From positions 1 to 41,697 of the IMG/VR virus record IMGVR_UViG_3300020045_004948: a stretch of 41,697 bases of DNA; one strand, written 5' to 3'. This document shows, piece after piece, positions 18,601 to 26,853 of the stretch. The stretch's first letter is position 1, and the number at the start of each line of letters is the position of its first letter. Under the pieces are notes generated by a model. The model saw only the letters and a list, made by a program, of their open reading frames with translations. It did not search any database and was not told where the DNA came from. The translations under genes were made by a program, and so were the position numbers. This stretch comes from a virus. Lineage: Duplodnaviria > Caudoviricetes.

Positions 18601-20092
18601 TAAAACTTCTGTATCTCAATCTCTAACAGATAGTGGAATAACTTTTGCAGATGCTTATTTAAGAGAAGCAATAAATCAACTAAATGCAAGTGCATATCAA
18701 ACTATTAGTACGACAACTAGCAAAAAATCTTGGTTTAGTAGTTCATCTAGTACATCATTAAGTACATACTTTACTGGATTAGATGCAAGTGTAAATAATC
18801 AATTCTCTTTAGTATTAAAAAACTTATACGATACAGTTTATCAAGCTGGAAACGCTTTAGAGATAGGTTCAGATTCGTTAAATAATAGTTTAAATAACTT
18901 TGTAGTTTCAATTGGTAAAATCTCATTAAAAGATAAAACTGGAACTCAAATTCAAGAACTATTAACTTCTATTTTTGGGAAAGTTGGGGATGATTTAGCA
19001 ACATCAGTTGTTCCAGTTATAACTCAATTTCAAAAAGTAGGCGAAGGAAGTTTAACAACTTTAGCAAGAGTTGCAAGTGGTATGGAACAAGCTAATTACT
19101 ATATAGATAGATTAGGTACCACATTTCAAAAAGTAAACTTTACTTCAATTATTAATAAACAAGGTGATGTAGGATTTGAATCACTTTATCAATCTATTTT
19201 AAAAGTTGAAAAAGGTGCAAACTTTAATAATATTTTATCTACATTAAGTGGAACAGCAGAAGAGCTTTATGGTGCTTATATATCATTAGATTTAATTAGA
19301 GATAGACTTACTTTTTTAGGAAAAGGATTAGATGGGTTATCAATTTCGGCAATTAGTGGAGCTGGTGGATTAACTCAGTTAAGCGATGGAGTAAGTTCAT
19401 TTATTGAAAACTTCTATTCAAGTGTAGAGCAACAACAATTAAAAGTTACTGAATTAAATCAAGAGTTAACTAGAACTGGAATTACAACTATTCCAACTAC
19501 AATCACTGGATTTAAAGCATTAGTAAATGGAATTGATACGACAACGGAATCAGGACAAAAACTATACGGAAGTTTAATATCTCTAAGTGATTCTTTTTAT
19601 GATGTTTATAGTTCGGCAGAAGAAACTTTACTATCAAATAGAACATCTTTAATCAGTAGCTTAAAAGATTTTGTATCATCAATTAAAAGTACAATTCAAA
19701 CAGATACTACATTTAAAGATTTTAGTTCATCGTTTAATAATATGATAGATGCAATTAGATCAGGAAGTGGTGATTTATCTGATATTGGAAATGCAACTAT
19801 CAACACTGCTCAATCTTATTTAGATACAGTTTCAAGAACTGCAAAAAGTTCAGCAGAAATTGAATTTGCTAAAAAAATAGTAGCTAATAAATTTGAAGGT
19901 GTAATTAATGCAAAAGATATAACTTTGGGAACAATTAACGATACTTTAAAAATTAGTTTTAATGAAGATAGCGTAATTGTAAAAGCTTTAAATGATGTTA
20001 AAAATGAATTAGTGTATTTAAATCAATTAAATACTAGACAAACAGCAAATAGTAATAAAACTTTACAGCTTCAAAGAGCTTCAATAGCATAG
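15629..20092 (+). CDS. Tape measure protein
   Basis: 1487 aa; QFSQAMGSGVLRGEEFNAISE N-terminal tape-measure motif. Confidence 0.95.
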   Translation: MDNIAQLGIKVDSSSIKQATNELSKLTTQSGKTEQSTKAVTAGFVNLKNIIASYVSIQLGKEIINIADSMNLLNARLKLATASTAEYTSQQTALLNISKQSYTGISDTITLFTKLNPALKQVGATTEQVNSVVASFTKGLQLGGSSAAEASSAILQFSQAMGSGVLRGEEFNAISEASPKLMSYLAKGLGVAQGELRKMAENGELTATRVSNALLKVKTDIDRDFATLPVTVGKALTNLKTDLSLAINEIDTATGASQSLANGIVTMSTNIGNMAKSIIQFYTESKTFIDEHNFALKQTSGILLGLGTAYAVFTVGGAVIRGIQATTVAVYGLRTAMLALESSVPVIGWIAALAGVAVGAYVVAASEIESANLSLSGNVSELDANLQKLYKTREEITNDKFMLDSTQAERKKVIDAQIEAILNQKNAILELTSAKSEYDNSVIPKQEDSFMGQFTAEKVQEIGLITETIKRNQKEITKLSGSDYEKFKLDLADKIEKLKKAGATEEEINKARIDSFKEFNDKQNKEQEKQNGELEKANKKLEETQKARAEIAQIGMSSYDKSISDITAKTIEWVKAGFSKNEVLSAEIKLRNELNSQTILENIQTELSYYEKKLQLQKDSLDKELDLKAIQYAQTVLNIENSDKTIEQKQKLISLEMELYDATVERLKADNNAEFQDTIKSFQEDSLVRQIELNNAIFDFGAGFKSSNSEIMEVSKSLAAMNDASLKSKKAETELNKKYTTEFTKYAGDVEKTKELEQQYTKDTDLLNKQAISNQILGYANLSGAISGMFQQGSKEAATFQAAQTVLALVEGTRAILTAGTGDPYTAIPRMAAMAIMVKSLLGNIGVSLGIGGSSTTTGDSFSMQKANTGSGSVLGDTLKASESITKSLSILEDYAKPEFRLSQQMSKSLESIDSKIGGVTSLLLQNSATALGTNYTGGFDTGFKNNISTNALTSSVINPIGSILSKIPVIGQINNLFSGIINSAIGGIFGKTSVSQSLTDSGITFADAYLREAINQLNASAYQTISTTTSKKSWFSSSSSTSLSTYFTGLDASVNNQFSLVLKNLYDTVYQAGNALEIGSDSLNNSLNNFVVSIGKISLKDKTGTQIQELLTSIFGKVGDDLATSVVPVITQFQKVGEGSLTTLARVASGMEQANYYIDRLGTTFQKVNFTSIINKQGDVGFESLYQSILKVEKGANFNNILSTLSGTAEELYGAYISLDLIRDRLTFLGKGLDGLSISAISGAGGLTQLSDGVSSFIENFYSSVEQQQLKVTELNQELTRTGITTIPTTITGFKALVNGIDTTTESGQKLYGSLISLSDSFYDVYSSAEETLLSNRTSLISSLKDFVSSIKSTIQTDTTFKDFSSSFNNMIDAIRSGSGDLSDIGNATINTAQSYLDTVSRTAKSSAEIEFAKKIVANKFEGVINAKDITLGTINDTLKISFNEDSVIVKALNDVKNELVYLNQLNTRQTANSNKTLQLQRASIA

Positions 20093-20131
20093 GTTTACCT
20101 ATGTTATAATTAAATAAAAAAGGATTGTAAA

Positions 20132-20392
20132 ATGGCAATTCAAACGGACGCATTCGAAGCACTTGGAGGTTATCAATGCTTAGCAAATACAGAAACATTA
20201 ACCGCTGATATTTTGACTAAATTTCCAACAGCTACAATAACTAAAATCAAAACAGAAGGTGCAATGTTATCAATTGATGGAACAGTTAAATTTATGACAA
20301 CATATGACGCCATTAGCAATTTACAAACTGGTCGTAAATATATATTTGACAAGGATACAACTTTAATGGTTGGTAAGTATGTGACTGTATAA
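20132..20392 (+). CDS. Small putative tail protein
   Basis: Own TGTTATAAT promoter and AAGGA RBS; inside tail module. Confidence 0.6.
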   Translation: MAIQTDAFEALGGYQCLANTETLTADILTKFPTATITKIKTEGAMLSIDGTVKFMTTYDAISNLQTGRKYIFDKDTTLMVGKYVTV

Positions 20393-21279
20393 TGGAATTC
20401 GTACCTCAATCAATAATATCATATACAAGCCCACAGCTAACTCCTGAGTATGCGGAGTGGAGTGATGTAACTACTTATGTAGTAGGAAATAAAGTTATAT
20501 ATGGTAACTATATATGGATTTGTTCATATGCTGGAAGTTTAAATTTTGAACCTAATAATAGTAGTCCTCACTGGACAAAGTGGGGAGTGTCTAATTATTG
20601 GAGTTTAATAGATACAAGAAGTCAAACATTAACAGTTGTAAATTCTGATTTTGTATGTACTTTTGATAAAATAGGAATTGAAACCTTAGTAATTGGATAT
20701 TTTAGGGGAGTTTCAATTCTAGTTGAGGTTTTGGATGCTTTAGATAATGTTCTTTTTACAGATATGTTTTCTAATCCAAGAAGACAGGGGCTACCCTCTT
20801 ATTTAAATTGGATTCATGCTAAATTTATAGATTATTCAAGTCGCTCAAAGGTATTTTATTTGCCATTATTTGGGAACAAAATAAGAGTAACTTTTTCAAA
20901 GGGTTCATATTCTAATGTACAAGTTGGTTTTATGGTCGGTGGTAGAAGTACAAATATGGGCAGAACTTTAGAGGGTGTTAAACTTGGAAGAACCTCTTAT
21001 ACTATAAAAAATACTGATGATTTTGGAATAACTACAATTACATCTAGAGCTAAAAGAAAATATCACGATTTTGAAACTTCTGTAAATTCAGATATTGCAA
21101 TGAATACATTAAGAATTATTGAAAATTATGACGATATAGTAATGGCTTTTATAATCGATGAAGTGCCATCTTCCAAATATGAAAACATAGTGACTCTTGG
21201 CGTTTATGAATCGGTCGAGCCATTAGCTACAAACAACGATAAAACTGTTCTAAGTTGGACAGTTATAGAAATGATATAA
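20392..21279 (+). CDS. Tail tip/distal tail protein
   Basis: Follows tape measure; EWSDVTTYVVGNKV carbohydrate-binding-like start; DDFGITTI. Confidence 0.65.
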   Translation: MEFVPQSIISYTSPQLTPEYAEWSDVTTYVVGNKVIYGNYIWICSYAGSLNFEPNNSSPHWTKWGVSNYWSLIDTRSQTLTVVNSDFVCTFDKIGIETLVIGYFRGVSILVEVLDALDNVLFTDMFSNPRRQGLPSYLNWIHAKFIDYSSRSKVFYLPLFGNKIRVTFSKGSYSNVQVGFMVGGRSTNMGRTLEGVKLGRTSYTIKNTDDFGITTITSRAKRKYHDFETSVNSDIAMNTLRIIENYDDIVMAFIIDEVPSSKYENIVTLGVYESVEPLATNNDKTVLSWTVIEMI

Positions 21280-21298
21280 TTAAACAAAAAGGATATAA

Positions 21299-22399
21299 AT
21301 GGCAACTCAAATAACAGCCGATTTACCTACTTTAGATTTTCCACTAGAAGTTGATTATCCAACGCAAGAGGATTGGCCAGCGTTTAGTGCTGCTGCTGAA
21401 TTAAACTTTGGAATATTAGGTGGAAGTTGGTCGACTCAAATGCAACTTTGGAAAACAGAAGCTAACGCAATGAGTACCGAACTAAATACAAATGCAACCA
21501 TTGCACAAGGTTTAGCCGATTATCAAGGCGATTGGATTTCTCAAGGCTATACATTAGGGCAGACAGTAAGTGTAAGTGGAATTTATTATATTTGTAAATT
21601 AACTCATGCAACTGGACAAAATCCAACTACTGGTGGCTCAATTTATTGGAATCTAGCAATAGGAAACTGGAATTTAAAAGTAAATAATTATGGTGATGAA
21701 TCTATCACGGGAATTAAAAGTTTTGCAAGTAAAATTTTAGCTCCAAATTTAGCATATAAAGATACATTAGTGACTATTAACTCTTGGAGTTACTCAACAA
21801 CTACAATTATACTAAATGTAACATCTCATACATATTTAGCTGGTGATTATATTGAAACAACTGGACTTATATCAACAACGAATGCGCCAAATGGAATTTA
21901 TTTAGTTACAAGCATAACAACTGGAACAATTGTATTTACAGCATATGCAACACCAACTGGAACTGCTGGTGTATCGACTGCAAGAGTAAAAGGAATTACA
22001 ACCTTAAATGGAAAAATTCCAATTTCTGTAGGTAACATTATTGAAACAAGTGGAGTGGCTTTTGGTTATGGAATTGGTTCAGGTGGCACAGTTACACAAT
22101 TAACAAGTAAAGGAACGGCGGTTACACTTAATAAACCAACTGGACAAATTACAACAAGTAATGCAGCATTAGCGGCAAATACACAAGTTTTTTTTGGTTT
22201 AGCAAACTCTCTAATCGGTGCAAATGATATTATTGTAGCAGAAGTAATTGGTGGAGTAGTAAGTAGGTCAGCATATAGGATTGATTGTGCAGCAAATGGA
22301 GTTGGTCAAGCCGTAATCACAATTACAAATGTAACTGGCGGAAGTTTATCCGAAGCAATTATATTGCAATTTTTATTATTTAAAGGAGCGATAGCATGA
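21299..22399 (+). CDS. Tail fibre / receptor-binding protein
   Basis: Thr/Gly-rich; DESITGIKSF fibre repeat; C-terminal VTQLTSKGTAVTLN domain. Confidence 0.75.
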   Translation: MATQITADLPTLDFPLEVDYPTQEDWPAFSAAAELNFGILGGSWSTQMQLWKTEANAMSTELNTNATIAQGLADYQGDWISQGYTLGQTVSVSGIYYICKLTHATGQNPTTGGSIYWNLAIGNWNLKVNNYGDESITGIKSFASKILAPNLAYKDTLVTINSWSYSTTTIILNVTSHTYLAGDYIETTGLISTTNAPNGIYLVTSITTGTIVFTAYATPTGTAGVSTARVKGITTLNGKIPISVGNIIETSGVAFGYGIGSGGTVTQLTSKGTAVTLNKPTGQITTSNAALAANTQVFFGLANSLIGANDIIVAEVIGGVVSRSAYRIDCAANGVGQAVITITNVTGGSLSEAIILQFLLFKGAIA

Positions 22400-22776
22400 T
22401 AGAATTAATTTTAATTTTAAGTGAAAACAACTGGATAGAGGCTACTTGGTATGAAAATGGTATAAAAAAGCATTGTGAGTCATTTTCAGGACACAAAGAA
22501 CATATTGAAATATTAATAACAAAAGCAAAAGAATTCAATACTTCTTTAGACGAATATACAGAATTAATACAATTATGTGAAGATTCTTTTATTTATCCAA
22601 CAGATGAAGAAATTGCAAAAGAAGAATTACAACATAAGATAAATGAAGCTCAATATTTACTTGATTCAACTCAATTCAAATTTGGAGAAGATTATGATAA
22701 AAAAAATACTCTCGAATGGGAAGAACTAAAATTAAAAAGAGCAGAAGCAAGAGAATTTATAAGAGCCAATAAATGA
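22396..22776 (+). CDS. Tail fibre assembly-like protein
   Basis: After fibre; EAQYLLDST...KRAEAREFIR. Confidence 0.55.
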   Translation: MIELILILSENNWIEATWYENGIKKHCESFSGHKEHIEILITKAKEFNTSLDEYTELIQLCEDSFIYPTDEEIAKEELQHKINEAQYLLDSTQFKFGEDYDKKNTLEWEELKLKRAEAREFIRANK

Positions 22777-23372
22777 AACATATTTATAATATTTTAAAAA
22801 TATTACTCTTATTTTTATTTGATTCATTTTTTAAAGCAATAGGATTTTTAATACTTCCTATTGCAGTTTTATTTAGAAAAGATACTATTAATATAAATAA
22901 AGAAAGTAATCAAGAATGCTTTAAATGGAAATGGGTAGATACTATTTATGGAAATAAATATGATGGATTTAGTGACATCTACTATAAGAGAGATTATCCA
23001 ACAGATACATATTTATCAAGACTTAATTGGTGTTTATTACGAAACCCAACACATAATTTAGGAATATTTTTAGGTGTAAACAATAGAGTTATAGTTAAAT
23101 CTTTAGTACATGGTAATCCAAATGTAACAGATGCCCCATCTTTAGAAAATATGGGCTTGAAGTTTCAAGAGATTTGGGATGACAAAGGTAAATATTATCC
23201 AATGTATTATTATTGCATCATGTGGAATCAAATATTTCCTTTTTATAAAGGTGATAGAGGGTTTAGACTTTTAATGGGTTATAAAAACTTTTGCATAAAA
23301 GAATTAAATCAAAATTATACTTATGGATTCGTATGTACCATCACGCCATTTAAATTATTTACTAAGGGTTAA
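22773..23372 (+). CDS. Membrane-associated hypothetical protein
   Basis: N-terminal hydrophobic helix; WCLLRNP motif. Confidence 0.6.
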   Translation: MKHIYNILKILLLFLFDSFFKAIGFLILPIAVLFRKDTININKESNQECFKWKWVDTIYGNKYDGFSDIYYKRDYPTDTYLSRLNWCLLRNPTHNLGIFLGVNNRVIVKSLVHGNPNVTDAPSLENMGLKFQEIWDDKGKYYPMYYYCIMWNQIFPFYKGDRGFRLLMGYKNFCIKELNQNYTYGFVCTITPFKLFTKG

Positions 23373-23374
23373 AA

Positions 23375-23752
23375 ATGACAGAACAATGTAAAAAGTGCTT
23401 AGAAGAGCTTGAAGCTTTTAAAACTAAACATCATGACCATGAAAAAAGAATAGCCCTTTTAGAAGATTTTGAAAACTGGGCTAGACCTATTCTTGAAGCA
23501 GTTAAAACAATTAAAAATGATAATCGTTGGATGATTATTATATTTGTTGCATTTGTTACTATCTGTACTTATGTTTACCAAACTGATATTAAAAACTTTA
23601 TGAAAGATTGGAATGACGATAAGATAGATATTATCAGGGAAATTAATACTTTAAAGATAGAAATGAAAGATGAAATAATATCATCTAGCAAGACTAACTT
23701 TAAAGCGACAATTAGAGAAATGAAAGAAATAAAGCACGATAAGAAGGATTAA
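23375..23752 (+). CDS. Single-TM lysis-cassette protein
   Basis: HEKRIALLE coiled coil plus one TM segment, upstream of holin and endolysin. Confidence 0.55.
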   Translation: MTEQCKKCLEELEAFKTKHHDHEKRIALLEDFENWARPILEAVKTIKNDNRWMIIIFVAFVTICTYVYQTDIKNFMKDWNDDKIDIIREINTLKIEMKDEIISSSKTNFKATIREMKEIKHDKKD

Positions 23753-23753
23753 T

Positions 23754-24275
23754 ATGAGTATATTAAGTGATATTCCTTTTGTAGGAAAATTGATAGATGA
23801 CTACGGGGAAAAATTAGTAGTTAAAGGTATTGAAAAATTAACTGGTGTAGATTTGTCTAAAACAGATTTAACAGCTGAAGACAAACAAAAAATCATGGAT
23901 TCTCAAATTGAGATTATGAAAATTGATTTTGAAAAAATAAAAGAAGATAATCGTGCTAAAGAATTTGTAACTATTCAAGATAATCAAAATACGGCAAATG
24001 CAAGAGAGAATAATACAAAAATTCAAGAAACTCAAAATGCAACTTGGTTAGCAAAAAATACACCATATATACTTGATTTTTTAGCAGTTTTTGCAGTTTT
24101 ATTATTAGGAATTGGTTTGCTATTTATTGAAATTCCAAAAGATAACTTACAAATAGTTAATATAATGTTTGGTTCTTTACTTGGTATTATGGGGGCTGTT
24201 TATAATTATTATAGAGGTAGTTCAAAAGGTAGCACAGATAAACAAGATTTTATAAATAAATTACAAGGAAAATAA
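23754..24275 (+). CDS. Holin-like protein
   Basis: NTANARE, two TM helices, NYYRGSSKGS; adjacent to endolysin. Confidence 0.7.
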   Translation: MSILSDIPFVGKLIDDYGEKLVVKGIEKLTGVDLSKTDLTAEDKQKIMDSQIEIMKIDFEKIKEDNRAKEFVTIQDNQNTANARENNTKIQETQNATWLAKNTPYILDFLAVFAVLLLGIGLLFIEIPKDNLQIVNIMFGSLLGIMGAVYNYYRGSSKGSTDKQDFINKLQGK

Positions 24276-24276
24276 T

Positions 24277-24672
24277 ATGTATAGTTTTAGTCAAAGAAGC
24301 TTAGACAATTTAAAAAATGTAGATGAAAGATTAATTAAGATTTGCAATGAACTAATTAAGGTAACTGATTTTACAGTTATAGAAGGGCATAGAAGTTTAG
24401 AAAGACAAAAAGAACTATATGATAAAGGATTTAGTAAAATAGACGGTATAAGCAAAAAGGGAAAGCATAATTACTTTCCATCTTTAGCTATTGATATTAT
24501 TCCATTTAAAAAAGGTCATAATCCCTTCGATGGTTCAAAAGAATCTGACTTAATGTTTGAAGATTTAGCAAAACAATTTAAAGAAGTAGCTAAACAATTA
24601 AATATAAAAATACAATGGGGCGGAAACTGGATTAATTTTTCCGATAAACCACATTTCGAGTTAGTTAATTAA
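24277..24672 (+). CDS. Endolysin, M15 family L-alanyl-D-glutamate peptidase
   Basis: EGHRSLERQ, KHN...AIDI, WGGNW, DKPHFEL. Confidence 0.93.
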   Translation: MYSFSQRSLDNLKNVDERLIKICNELIKVTDFTVIEGHRSLERQKELYDKGFSKIDGISKKGKHNYFPSLAIDIIPFKKGHNPFDGSKESDLMFEDLAKQFKEVAKQLNIKIQWGGNWINFSDKPHFELVN

Positions 24673-24680
24673 ACTAGCTC
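24658..24680. terminator. Hairpin over overlapping convergent stop codons
   Basis: GAGTTAGTT-AATTA-AACTAGCTC. Confidence 0.6.
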
Positions 24681-24818
24681 TATTAAAAACTCTGAATGAT
24701 TTGCATAAAAATCAAATATATGTCTGGCTTTATATGGAGTGTATTTATCTAAATTAATAGTTTTAGATTTATTACTTTTTACACAAGTTATTTTAACTGT
24801 ATGAGATAAATTTGTCAT
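24669..24818 (-). CDS. Hypothetical protein (49 aa, not in ORF track)
   Basis: MTNLSHTVKITC...FLIELV; AAGGA RBS at the end of the upstream gene. Confidence 0.6.
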   Translation of the reverse strand: MTNLSHTVKITCVKSNKSKTINLDKYTPYKARHIFDFYANHSEFLIELV

Positions 24819-24819
24819 T

Positions 24820-25182
24820 TTATAATCCTTTAATTATAACCGCAACAAGTGCAGTAATCACAAACATTGAAACAGTTAATCCAATAATCAACTTATTTTT
24901 AGTCCTATTTTTCTTTTTAATTTCCTCAATACACCAATCGTAATAATCATTTTTTTCTTTAGTTATTTCAGCTAATTTTTTAAATGCTAGTTGTTTTTCT
25001 TCAACTTCTAAATTAATTCTATTTTCTAAAAGTTGATTTACTCTTTGTTCAGTATCTAAAACATTTAAAAGTCTTTTGACTTCATCTGTTTTTAGTCTTA
25101 AATTATAATTTGCAATATTTAATTTGCCATGAGCAATATTTTTTTGACTTCTTAGTTTTGAATAATTGTTTTTAGTTTTCAT
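24820..25182 (-). CDS. Coiled-coil protein with C-terminal TM anchor
   Basis: Hydrophobic C-terminus LIIGLTVSMFVITALVAVII. Confidence 0.7.
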   Translation of the reverse strand: MKTKNNYSKLRSQKNIAHGKLNIANYNLRLKTDEVKRLLNVLDTEQRVNQLLENRINLEVEEKQLAFKKLAEITKEKNDYYDWCIEEIKKKNRTKNKLIIGLTVSMFVITALVAVIIKGL

Positions 25183-25191
25183 TTTTTTATC

Positions 25192-25449
25192 CTAATTAAC
25201 TGCTAAAAGTTCAATCCAAAAGAACTTATTATAATTTTTATCTTCTATGTTTTGCCAATATTCACTAGCCATATATAAAGATAAATTATCATCATTTAAC
25301 TCAAAATACATAATTTTTTCTATTTGCCAATCTATATTTTTAATTTCAACTTTTATTTGAGTTTCATCATATTTTTCCAAAGTATATTTAAAACTATCCC
25401 AATCGTTTAACTCATATTTTAAGAACCGTTTAATTTTTGTTTCTAACAT
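25192..25449 (-). CDS. Hypothetical protein
   Basis: AGGGG RBS; first gene after leftward promoter. Confidence 0.7.
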   Translation of the reverse strand: MLETKIKRFLKYELNDWDSFKYTLEKYDETQIKVEIKNIDWQIEKIMYFELNDDNLSLYMASEYWQNIEDKNYNKFFWIELLAVN

Positions 25450-25479
25450 TCAATCCCCTTTAATCTTTTTCTTATCCCC

Positions 25480-25508
25480 ATAATAAAACAAAATCAAACC
25501 AATGTCAA
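25480..25508 (-). promoter_or_regulatory. Sigma70 promoter, leftward
   Basis: TTGACA-17-TATTAT on minus strand. Confidence 0.8.
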
Positions 25509-25545
25509 GCAATCTAACCTAAAAAACAAAATAAATTTTAACAAT

Positions 25546-25560
25546 GTTACTATACTACAC
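25546..25560. promoter_or_regulatory. GTTAC-N5-TACAC box shared by divergent promoters (one of 12 copies)
   Basis: 74 nt from rightward -10 and 75 nt from leftward -10. Confidence 0.75.
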
Positions 25561-25596
25561 AAAAATAATAAATTACAAAATTTAGTAAAATATCAC

Positions 25597-25625
25597 TTTA
25601 CATTTTAGATTTAATGTATTATAAT
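25597..25625 (+). promoter_or_regulatory. Sigma70 promoter of the ncRNA locus
   Basis: TTTACA-17-TATAAT. Confidence 0.8.
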
Positions 25626-25630
25626 TCTCT

Positions 25631-25752
25631 TGTTGTAAAGTTTTCTCAAATTTTCTTTATAACACAGTTGCTTTTAGGCATTGTAACATTCATTTTTCGT
25701 TTAAACCTCCTTTCTTGGTATCGGATAGAATTGCAACTATCCGATATTTTAT
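25631..25752 (+). ncRNA. Putative sRNA with anti-Shine-Dalgarno/anti-AUG seed
   Basis: 5' hairpin 25631-25664; unpaired ATTCAT...TTAAACCTCCTT; perfect 10-bp hairpin 25719-25746 plus T tract. Confidence 0.55.
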
Positions 25753-26028
25753 GTTTTTGTAGTGAGTTTTAGTCTATGTGAAAATGACTATACTTACTGC
25801 AAAGATATTGCAAAAGGTATCTTTAGAGTTATTACCTTAAGTAATAGATGATGGATTTCTTATTTTTGTAAGTTTTTTATTCATGTTAAACTCCTTAGTG
25901 GACTGCCTAAGAACCTCGAACCACATTAAAAAAAGGTGATTTAAAAGCTAGACTGATACTTAATCTGATTAGTCAAAATATTTACTCCGTGGGTTTCTCG
26001 GAGAGGTTGACATAGAAACATCTAGCCC

Positions 26029-26087
26029 AAGACCAGCACGGCTGACGAGGATTTAAAATCCGAAACTTTATAGTACCGTGGAGTCTT
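26029..26087 (+). ncRNA. Type I hammerhead ribozyme
   Basis: Stem I CACGG/CCGTG, core CTGACGA, stem II GGATT/AATCC, GAAA, stem III ACT/AGT, GUA cleavage triplet (cut after 26075). Confidence 0.85.
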
Positions 26088-26145
26088 CCAACTTGGGGAA
26101 TAACTGAAGACCTAGACCTCTCAACTTTCGAAGTAAGTATTTAAT

Positions 26146-26237
26146 GGATAATTGTTCGAGTGGCTTATGAAGCTGTTTTGCTAAAGCAGAGATGTATTAA
26201 AAAGCATCCAAGGGTTCGAATCCCTTATTATCCTCCA
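26146..26237 (+). tRNA. tRNA-Ser (anticodon GCT)
   Basis: Acceptor GGATAAT/ATTATCC, anticodon arm CTGTT-TTGCTAA-AGCAG, long variable arm, AAGGG-TTCGAAT-CCCTT, encoded CCA. Confidence 0.92.
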
Positions 26238-26351
26238 CTTTATTACCAATCGTAACACTTCATAAATTTAACCTCAACAAAAATCAAAAATCATTTACAA
26301 CTTTTAAAAATCTAGTTATAGTTTGGATATTAAAAATAAAAAGGAGTTAAA

Positions 26352-26582
26352 ATGACATTAAGCGAATTAATCAAAGAATATGGAGATGATAGTATCATTT
26401 TTCAAAATTTAGATACCGATATGATTTCTATGGATAAAAGAAAAAATTATTATGAAATTAAATTTGGTACAAAAGAAGGCTTTAATCAAGATTTATCAGG
26501 AACAAACAAAAGGGCTTTAATTGTTTGGATGGATAGAGAAAAAACACAAGCTATTTTAGATAAAAATAAAAAGGAGCTTTAA
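26352..26582 (+). CDS. Hypothetical protein
   Basis: TTTACA-17-TATAGT promoter; AAGGAG RBS. Confidence 0.75.
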   Translation: MTLSELIKEYGDDSIIFQNLDTDMISMDKRKNYYEIKFGTKEGFNQDLSGTNKRALIVWMDREKTQAILDKNKKEL

Positions 26583-26583
26583 A

Positions 26584-26688
26584 ATGATTCACTTCATTAT
26601 GATTTTATTACACTTATGTGCAGTATTTACTTATCCGTATGCTTTATTCTTAACTATCTGCGTTCATTTAATATTGATTAAGAAGTAA
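26584..26688 (+). CDS. Small hydrophobic peptide (34 aa, not in ORF track)
   Basis: AAGGAG RBS; MIHFIMILLHLCAVFTYPYALFLTICVHLILIKK. Confidence 0.6.
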   Translation: MIHFIMILLHLCAVFTYPYALFLTICVHLILIKK

Positions 26689-26691
26689 GAT

Positions 26692-26853
26692 ATGAGAATT
26701 AAAATAATATCTTTATTTATAGGATTAGCAATAGGTAATTTCTTATTTCCATTATTATATGGTAATTACAATTTTTCAGATGCTATTGAAAGAACATTTT
26801 TTCAATTTATAGCTTTAGCTGGTGTATTTATTGCGACATATTTAAAAGACTAA
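26692..26853 (+). CDS. Small two-TM membrane protein (53 aa, not in ORF track)
   Basis: MRIKIISLFIGLAIGNFLF...FFQFIALAGVFIATYLKD. Confidence 0.6.
   Translation: MRIKIISLFIGLAIGNFLFPLLYGNYNFSDAIERTFFQFIALAGVFIATYLKD

Noticed and set aside
24658-24680. Endolysin (FELVN) and convergent ORF (IELV) share a C-terminal sequence
   Set aside because: A by-product of the palindromic hairpin spanning both stop codons
25756-25975. Group I intron P7-like GACT/AGTC pairs
   Set aside because: They form local hairpins; no P3-P7 core or interrupted gene
26104-26110. Second hammerhead core CTGAAGA, possibly pairing with GAAAC at 26015
   Set aside because: No stem II closing pair and no matching stem III/UH arrangement; GAAGAC is better explained as a hairpin arm
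26021-26116. Twister-like CCCAAG / GGG / TAA elements
   Set aside because: P1, P2 and the second pseudoknot of twister cannot be built
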